Part shown: positions 1 to 5,941 of the stretch, one piece after another
Layout: each line of letters begins with the position of its first letter
Position numbering within the stretch: the stretch's first letter is position 1
Assembly: GCA_051294375.1 (NCBI GenBank)
Contig: JBJCIZ010001438.1
Span: forward strand, 1 to 5,941
Reading direction: 5' to 3'
Length of the DNA stretch: 5,941 bases
From: Paraspadella gotoi
Lineage: Eukaryota > Animalia > Chaetognatha
The notes under the pieces: model-generated
Told to the model about the DNA's origin: nothing
Seen by the model: the letters and a program-made list of their open reading frames with translations, nothing else
The model's database searches: none
Position numbers and translations under genes: made by a program

Positions 1-1247
1 GAAAATTACGGAGCTGACTACGGAAAGAAAATGTTGATATTGTAGTGACTCAATTGACGAAAACGACGACAAACTAACGACGGTGACCTTACCATTCTCC
101 ACTGGTGAATCTTACCACTCAACTGAGCAATTTCGCGATGAACTACGCCGAGATAATCGCGATGGTTCGTCTTGCCGTTAGCCAGGCCATCGACCCTCAA
201 CTCTTACGAGTCAACCAAGCTCTTTACAACACCATTGGTCGTGGCCCAGCAACGGCAACCGAGTGCCTGGGCTTCAGATAACGAATTTATAAGAGAATAA
301 GTAATAGGATTACTGATAAAACTTAAATTAGTAATTGGATGATAATTTAATACAAATTAGTTTACAATTGGATGACGACGACTCCAGTGGCACCCCTTTG
401 ATCAATCGCTGCTTTTAGTCCTAATTTATAACTAATTTTATTTCTTTGCTTATATGTATGCAAGGTATATGTTGCGCCGCAAACTCCAGAAGGCGTTTCT
501 CTTCTCAGGCCGGATTACCTGCCGCCGATGGCTTCTGAGACTTAGTTTGACAAACGGCAAACTATGAAGCGACATTTTGCCAAAAAAAAAAATGTTAAAC
601 TTTGCTAATGTTTGAATATATGTCATTGAAATTAAATTTTATCATCAACCATATTACCATTACTTGGTAATTCACTAATTATGCTTAGTAACTGGGAATA
701 AAGTAGCCCTATTAATAAAAAAAGATGGTGAATCTATTGCAAATGGTTATATTAAATGATATAAAGAAAATAAATATTATAATTATAAAGCACCTATCAA
801 ATAATGTAAAACAATGTATATGACCTTTAGGGTTTGGTAAACCCCAAGTATTGTTCCATTGCTGGTGAGGGGGTTAAAAAAGACAATATTTGGGTAAACG
901 CGCCACTGCAAAGGTCGTTGTCACCAAGTCTCCAAAGTCCATAAAACTAAGAGAGATGAGAGTGATGAGACGTTCATCCCAGCTGGTCAACATTAGCAAC
1001 CCAGTTGTTGCTATAACCTTCAACAATGCTTATTTTTACATTCTCCGACCATGATGAAGGCTTACATTGAAACAAAACGTGTCTTAATAAAACTTAACAA
1101 AAATTTGTATTACTGCGCAAAGGGAGACGACGTTAGAGTGAAAACAAAATTTTATGGATTAACAAACCACCGACCGGTGGTAGCTAAGGTTGGTTGCGGA
1201 TGTTGAATAGTAAAATTACCACAATACAATATATTTTAAAGGATTCC

Positions 1248-1410
1248 CGGCTAAATTTTATTTTTGCCACCGCGGTTTTGGCGTCTTAAAAAACCACTTA
1301 AAAATACTAATTTTATTAAACCCTAAACCCTCTTAACCTTAACCCACCTATAATCCACCCTTAACCCTAACTGCTCCCTAACCTTGGTCTCCAAAAGTCA
1401 AATTAACCTG
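1248..1410. mobile_element. MITE copy A (163 bp) with imperfect TIRs, 6-bp TSD and telomere-like core
   Basis: The left end cggctaaattttatttttgcc-accg (1248-1272) matches the reverse complement of 1385-1410 (caggttaatttgacttttggagacca) at 17/26. Flanks are gattcc (1242-1247) and gtttcc (1411-1416). It shares ggttttggcgtc and the CCCTAA-like core with copies B and C. Confidence 0.85.
1316..1384 (+). repeat. Degenerate telomere-like C-rich array inside MITE A
   Basis: ttaaaccctaaaccctcttaaccttaacccacctataatccacccttaaccctaactgctccctaacct, made of variants of CCCTAA, CCCTAAA and CCTTAA. Confidence 0.8.
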
Positions 1411-2047
1411 GTTTCCCTAATTTTTACATATAATAAATCATGCAAATGAAAACGCATAAATAATTATTAAATTGTTCTTTATTTTATAATTCCTGATAAT
1501 TAGACCAAGATGAAGCGATAAGCTACAACTGGGTAAATCGGGCCATTCTTGGATTAATACATGTGGGGTTTGGACCAAAAAAAGACAACTTCTACCGGTT
1601 TAGAGACAATGATCGTCAAGTAAAAACCCAATTGCAATGATAAATTTGAAAATAATTTTGTACTATCTTTATAAAGGTTTACTGTCCAAATATACTTTTA
1701 GTTTACTAAGCAAATATATTTTTATTTATTTATTAATTAATTACATGGATGGCGGCAGTAAATAAAAATTTTCAAACCTAATTTTTTTAATAATTGTTAT
1801 AAATTGTGAGTTTAAGACAAAATTTAAAAACAGCATTTACTAAAATTTAGTCTAAATGATCAAGCGCCAATGTAACCACCCATCCATTCCCACAAAATCC
1901 ATATTTTTATAAAATAAAAAAAAGTGAAATAAAGATTTTAAAAAATTTACTAATGGGGACTATACAAATTACAATGATAGTGATTTATCTAAAAGTAGCT
2001 AATGGATATAATTAAGTAATTAACCAAATTTTTTTAATCCATGCTAA

Positions 2048-2146
2048 TTCTTTACGCAATGTAATTTGTCTATTTTTGTTGGCTTGGGCAATGAGTGTTT
2101 AGACGGAATCTTTTGTCCGTTTCGCTGATCCGAAACAGCGTTTTCA
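2048..2146 (-). repeat. 3' LTR (distal part lost)
   Basis: It begins TG (2146-2145, minus strand) 2 nt after the PPT. 2089-2138 matches 4570-4619 at 47/50 and 2048-2076 matches 4537-4565 at 25/29, with an 8-bp indel between the blocks. Confidence 0.85.
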
Positions 2147-2148
2147 AG

Positions 2149-2158
2149 CCCCCCCTCC
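2149..2158 (-). other. Polypurine tract (plus-strand primer site)
   Basis: The minus strand reads GGAGGGGGGG-CT-TGAAAACG, directly between the integrase remnant and the LTR repeat. Confidence 0.85.
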
Positions 2159-2531
2159 AAGATGACGTCCCGATGGGAGGATTGATCCAAGTAGCGCAGC
2201 GGAGGATGACGAACCCTTGTCTGTCTGTTTGTTGGGATCTCGGGATCCGCGATAGCGAGCTGCATCAGACTGCAGGCTGACGGGAGTTGGTGAGCGGCGA
2301 ACGAAAAGTTTGAGGCGGTAGACCGAGATGTCATCGAGGCGGTTTCGCGAAGTCGAGGCGGAAGAATTTGGGGCCGCGAGAGACGATCTTGAACGTGCCA
2401 TCGTAGATTTGAGCCAGAGGACCGTGATGGGTGTCGCGGCGGACGAGAGCGAAACGGCAACGGTCGTCTGGGATCTTTTGGGGATGATCAGAATGGCGTG
2501 TCCAGTCAACCGGTCACAGGGAAGAGGATCC
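2159..2531 (-). pseudogene. pol: Gypsy pol integrase C-terminal (GPY/F) remnant with two frameshifts and a stop
   Basis: Manual translation gives L*PVDWTRHSDHPQKIPDDRCRFALVRRDTHHGPLAQIYDGTFKIVSRGPKFFRLDF (2519-2349). After a frameshift it reads RNRLDDISVYRLKLF, and in the third frame TRVRHPPLRYLD. This resembles the Gypsy integrase tail pattern (VFVRxD...PL...YxGPF/Y.V..R..K.F.L......VSxDRLKP...R...PP.RY) as I recall it. Confidence 0.88.
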
Positions 2532-2947
2532 TAAATATAAACCAACTATGTTTTTTTAAATATACTGATACCTAGAAAGTTGAAATAGCATAGAGGTAAA
2601 GTTAATACTTTTTAGCTGGATTTGCTTAACGTAAGCCTAAGGCAAATTCCAGCTTCATAATTTTATTTGTTGGTACCTCGGTAACCCCTCCGAGTTTTAT
2701 CAGTCTATTAAATCATCTTAAAATATAAATATCATTTTTAACGGTTAACCATTAAATTTGGTTAATTTTATAATTCCTCGGAACCAAGATTATCAAAAAC
2801 CGTTTTCTTTCGGATTTTTTTCGAAGCGCGGAGCGACATATCTAACCAGAGATCGGCGTCGTTCGTCCAAGTGTTAGGACCCGTCGGTCCGTCCTCCTAA
2901 AACGCCCCAGAGAATATTCGAGAAATCTCCTCCACCCCGGCGAGATA

Positions 2948-4013
2948 CATGGGGACAATTTGACAAGCGTCGGTAAAAAAACGCTGTCATTTGCAAACCA
3001 GTGGTTATTTCATTAATTTAAAAAATTAGTTTAGTAGAAAATATTAAAATCATTTATGTGTTTAAATATTATATTGACCAGTTTAGATATGCCTAGACAA
3101 TGAGTGGAAAAAGTTGGCTTTTAAAATCGGGTTTCATTTTACAAATCACTTTTACTTTTTTTTAAAACTTTTAGTACTTTTTTTAACAAAATATTTATTA
3201 AGATAATAACAATATTAATATCTTCTGAAAGCCCTTAAAAATACTAAGAGAATGATATACTTACGAAAACTCTAACAAAGCTTGCAGGGACCTGCTATGT
3301 CATTATCTTGTATGAGTGATGGAGGCCTTAAACCACCAAAGCCTGTCCAAAGTCAGGGGCAAGATAGCTTATTTATTAAATGAATGGATAATTTTTATAT
3401 TGGTTGTACCAATTTCATAAAAATTAAGCTGCCCAGCCTTGGTTCAATTAAGAGTGTCAAAAGTGAATTATTTAAAATTTTAAATCTTTTTAAATATATG
3501 ACCTGTTTAAATTATTATAACATAAAATATTATTATTTATATAAGTATCATGAAAGAGCCTAAGAAAAAAGATTTAGAATAGCCAATCACAATTTGATAA
3601 AAATCTCAAATTTATCTTCCAGCTATTAATTTTTAGAAAGATGTTTAGATTTTTAATATCCCAATTAAATTAAAGCTGGGCTGGTTAAATTTTATATTAC
3701 AGTATTTCTAAGTACGTCATTCTCTTTAGATTTGAAAGGGCTTTCAGAAGTTAATAATATTAATATTATTTTATTTTATTTCTTAAGAAAAATTACTGAA
3801 AGTAAGAGAAAAAAATCGAATTTAAAAAAGGTGAGTTTAAAAATCAGAGACGATTTTCAAATCCATCTTCCTGCTATCATTACTGAGAAATATCAAAGTC
3901 GATTCTGATAAAACTTGCATATACTTTTAAATTTCTATCTAACATTAAAAAAATCTTCATAGGTTTGCAAATGACAGCGTTTTTTTACCGGCGCTTGTAA
4001 AATAATCACCATA
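2948..4013. mobile_element. Non-autonomous fold-back DNA transposon, Tc1/mariner-like (1066 bp, TA TSD)
   Basis: TIRs 2948-2999 and 3962-4013 match at 46/52, and the inner 37 bp match at 36/37. TA lies at 2946-2947 and 4014-4015. Further inverted blocks are 3222-3263/3709-3750 (35/42) and 3417-3449/3663-3695 (26/33). There is no transposase ORF. Confidence 0.88.
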
Positions 4014-4154
4014 TACTTTGGTAGTCCAGAGATGCTTGAAAGGCATGATTTGGCGGCTTTAGCAGATCGACGATCAAATAGTTTCTCTTATTCTCTTTCA
4101 GTTTATGAAGAGTTTAAAAAGGGTACCTTAATAAGAATAATATAATAAAATTGA

Positions 4155-4308
4155 ATAGTGACGAACGATGTAAGCACAAATTTTGAAATGATCCAAACGA
4201 TAAATCCTTGTGACAAAGTCCGAGCTCAGATATCACGATTCGCGAGTAACAAAATTACAGGAGCTTGACGGAGACGGCCGAAGTCGAAGGCGATGAAGCG
4301 CAGGCCAT
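4155..4308 (-). pseudogene. gag: Gypsy gag N-terminal remnant
   Basis: An ATG at 4308 lies about 140 nt downstream of the PBS and reads MACASSPSTSAVSVKLL*FC (TAA at 4257-4255). This resembles the AVSVKLPxFW start of some Gypsy Gag proteins. Downstream DHFKICAYIVRH occurs in another frame. The lower boundary is approximate. Confidence 0.7.
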
Positions 4309-4445
4309 GGCTGACTTGGAGAGAACAGAGGACGGTCAAGGCGGTTGACGGAGAAAGAGTTTTACCCATTCCGACAGTCTTTTTAGAAAGACCCAATTTT
4401 ACAGTCTCTAAAAAGACTTGGAATCAGAAGGTAGAATACTTCTAA

Positions 4446-4458
4446 GTCGGGCTCACTA
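4446..4458 (-). other. Primer-binding site, tRNA-Trp type (degenerate)
   Basis: Minus-strand TAGTGAGCCCGAC matches TGGTGACCCCGAC (complement of the eukaryotic tRNA-Trp 3' end, from memory) at 11/13. It lies between the LTR repeat and the gag start. Confidence 0.72.
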
Positions 4459-4459
4459 T

Positions 4460-4619
4460 TAAAGGGGCACTTTTTTCTCGTAAAACGTTAATTATCAGTA
4501 GATAATCACGAACGACAAATGAAAATTTTTTGAGTCTTCTTTATGCGTTGTAATTCGTCTATTTTCAGCCAATGAGTGTTGAGACGGAATCATTTGTCCG
4601 TGTCGCTGATCCGAAACAG
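4460..4619 (-). repeat. 5' LTR (first 8 nt or so missing; inner end inferred from the PBS)
   Basis: 4537-4619 is a direct repeat of 2048-2138. 4460-4536 is assigned only by its position next to the PBS, and a canonical terminal CA is not preserved. Confidence 0.75.
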
Positions 4620-4623
4620 ACAG

Positions 4624-4817
4624 CGGCGAAATTTTACTTTCGCCGACTGGGGTTTTGGCGTCTTTTGAATAATTACTTAAAATATTTATTTAAAAAAAAA
4701 ATTATTACCTATTTACCCTAACGTGAAACCCTCTCCACCCCTAATCCTAAACCATCCTTAAACTACCTTTAACCCTAAACCCCCCCAACCACGGTCAGCG
4801 AAAGTAATATTATACCC
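4624..4817. mobile_element. MITE copy B (194 bp), same family as A and C
   Basis: The left end cggcgaaattttactttcgccgactg (4624-4649) matches the reverse complement of 4792-4817 (gggtataatattactttcgctgaccg) at 19/26. Flanks are agacag (4618-4623) and agacaa (4818-4823). The telomere-like core is at about 4715-4790. Confidence 0.87.
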
Positions 4818-5256
4818 AGACAATGTCTTCAGTACTAGTACCATGATGGAAAAAAAATTATCATGTTACTTTCCAGTTATTTTTCAGTATTTTAATATAA
4901 AAACAAAACATATTTAATAACTGTCCAGACTCAATTTTAAGCACATCGATGATGAAAACCAGTATATAAATTTTCAGCTTCATACACCCAAATTTAATCA
5001 TAAAAAAGGCGATATATAATTTGAAACGCTGACGATAAAAATTGTTGAAGTAAAATATAATATATTACAATATTATGTAACAATAATTTAAACCCGGTTT
5101 ATTTTATAAAAGATCAGTTTTTTTTACTGCTTATAAAAATAATTTTTTCCTTTAAATCTGATAAAAAATATTATATTAAAAATATAATATTAATAATAAT
5201 GTGAATAATCCTTTTGATCAAAAAAAGATAAAAAATTATATTATATGTTAAAACTT

Positions 5257-5443
5257 AAACTAAATTTTATTTTTACTGACTACAGTTTTGGCAGCTTTTG
5301 AAAAATTATTTAAAAAAATATTACCTAATTACCCTAACCCTAAACCGTCTTAACCCTAACTACCCCTAAACCACCCTTAACCTTAACCCCTCCTTCACCT
5401 TAACCCCTCCTTCACCCCGGTCGGCTAAAAAAAAAGTAACCCA
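5257..5443. mobile_element. MITE copy C (187 bp), same family as A and B
   Basis: Its ends align to those of A and B (left 5257-5282, decayed; right 5418-5443). An exact 6-bp duplication aaactt lies at 5251-5256 and 5444-5449. The core accctaaccctaaaccgtcttaaccctaac... spans about 5321-5418. Confidence 0.87.
5381..5414 (+). repeat. Exact 17-bp tandem duplication inside MITE C
   Basis: ccttaacccctccttca occurs at 5381-5397 and 5398-5414. Confidence 0.9.
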
Positions 5444-5613
5444 AAACTTTTTAACCAAAAAATATATTTAACTATGAAATTAAAACTTTTTCAAACCGCG
5501 ACAATTTTTTCCCCATCATGATATTACGAAGCACGTTTACTTTTGGGCAAATAGTTTAAGGTTCTCGCAAACTCCATCGAGGACGTCACTCCTGGTCAAA
5601 ACGCTGCAGTTTT

Positions 5614-5629
5614 GATCGATCGATCGATC
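5614..5629. repeat. (GATC)4 palindromic microsatellite
   Basis: gatcgatcgatcgatc read directly. Confidence 0.85.
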
Positions 5630-5894
5630 CAAATTCTTTAAAAATAACAATAAATGTATATATTTAACGTAAAATCTAACTTTGCATTATAATTTTCGTA
5701 AAAAATCGGGCGGGAATAATGTTTATAAACACGTCAACAAAACCTCTGATTCGTGAACCGCGGGTGGCTCGACGAAGTGCCATGGCTTTCGGTTTGGTTC
5801 TTGCGGTAACGTAAGTTATGCGCATTCAGGGCCGTGTAAAGAATCCCAGATCAAACAAAAGCCGTGTATTTAATCTTATTTCAATTAAAAACAG

Positions 5895-5916
5895 GATTGC
5901 TCCACGATTGCTCCAC
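5895..5916 (+). repeat. Exact 11-bp tandem duplication
   Basis: gattgctccac occurs at 5895-5905 and 5906-5916. Confidence 0.9.
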
Positions 5917-5941
5917 CGGGAAACAAATGACAATGCACAAA

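Larger units (their letters stand above)
2048..4619 (-). mobile_element. Degenerate, internally deleted Ty3/Gypsy LTR retrotransposon
   Basis: On the minus strand the order is 5' LTR, PBS, gag-like start (AVSVKLL*FC), integrase GPY/F-type C-terminus, PPT, 3' LTR. Integrase lying last before the PPT and the GPY/F module fit Ty3/Gypsy. Both outer ends are damaged and no TSD could be recovered. Confidence 0.88.

Noticed and set aside
18-200. Supplied 60-aa minus-strand ORF
   Set aside because: It starts at TTG in eukaryote-like DNA, has no recognisable motif, and competing frames are equally open.
994-1013. tagcaac/gttgcta hairpin as a terminator
   Set aside because: The stem is only 7 bp, with no U-tract and no upstream gene, and the context is eukaryotic.
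1745-1887. atggatgg...ccatccat as TIRs of another MITE
   Set aside because: Only 8 bp match, with no TSD and no second copy in the window.
2044-2534. Four supplied ORFs (138, 61, 121 and 68 aa) as genes
   Set aside because: The two minus-strand ORFs each contain only a piece of the frameshifted integrase tail and run into the PPT or LTR. The plus-strand ORFs are antisense shadows of it.
2531-2545. Minus-strand splice acceptor (ttatatttag) in front of the GC-rich block, suggesting a host exon
   Set aside because: The block is explained as integrase with a stop and frameshifts. The AG coincides with the deletion or insertion junction, and exonisation cannot be shown without transcripts.
1316-5418. 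True telomere or telomere-healing site
   Set aside because: The arrays are short, degenerate, internal and always enclosed by TIRs and TSDs.
1248-5443. CRISPR array or other prokaryotic system
   Set aside because: There are no regularly spaced identical repeats, no operon-like ORFs and no cas-like sequence. The repeats are dispersed transposons.
1248-5443. Same orientation of all three MITEs as a targeting signal
   Set aside because: With three copies this is expected by chance one time in four.
478-5576. cgcaaactcca shared at 478-488 and 5566-5576
   Set aside because: A single 11-mer match is expected by chance in 6 kb, and the flanks do not align convincingly.

Overview
AT-rich, eukaryote-like DNA (an insect or other invertebrate host is my guess from composition and element types) with no intact protein-coding gene. 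The window is a nest of decayed transposons. (1) A minus-strand Ty3/Gypsy LTR retrotransposon relic at about 2048-4619 retains two LTR copies (72/79 aligned bases identical), a tRNA-Trp-type PBS, a broken gag start, a frameshifted integrase C-terminus and a polypurine tract. Protease, RT, RNase H and the integrase core are not recognisable. (2) A 1066-bp non-autonomous fold-back element with 52-bp TIRs and a TA duplication (Tc1/mariner-like, 2948-4013) is nested inside it. (3) Three copies of a 163-194 bp MITE family have about 26-bp imperfect TIRs, 6-bp target duplications and a degenerate telomere-like (CCCTAA/TAACCC) core. The supplied ORFs at 2044-2534 are partial or antisense readings of the integrase pseudogene. 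The MITE family is the best novelty candidate, but I cannot establish novelty without a database search.
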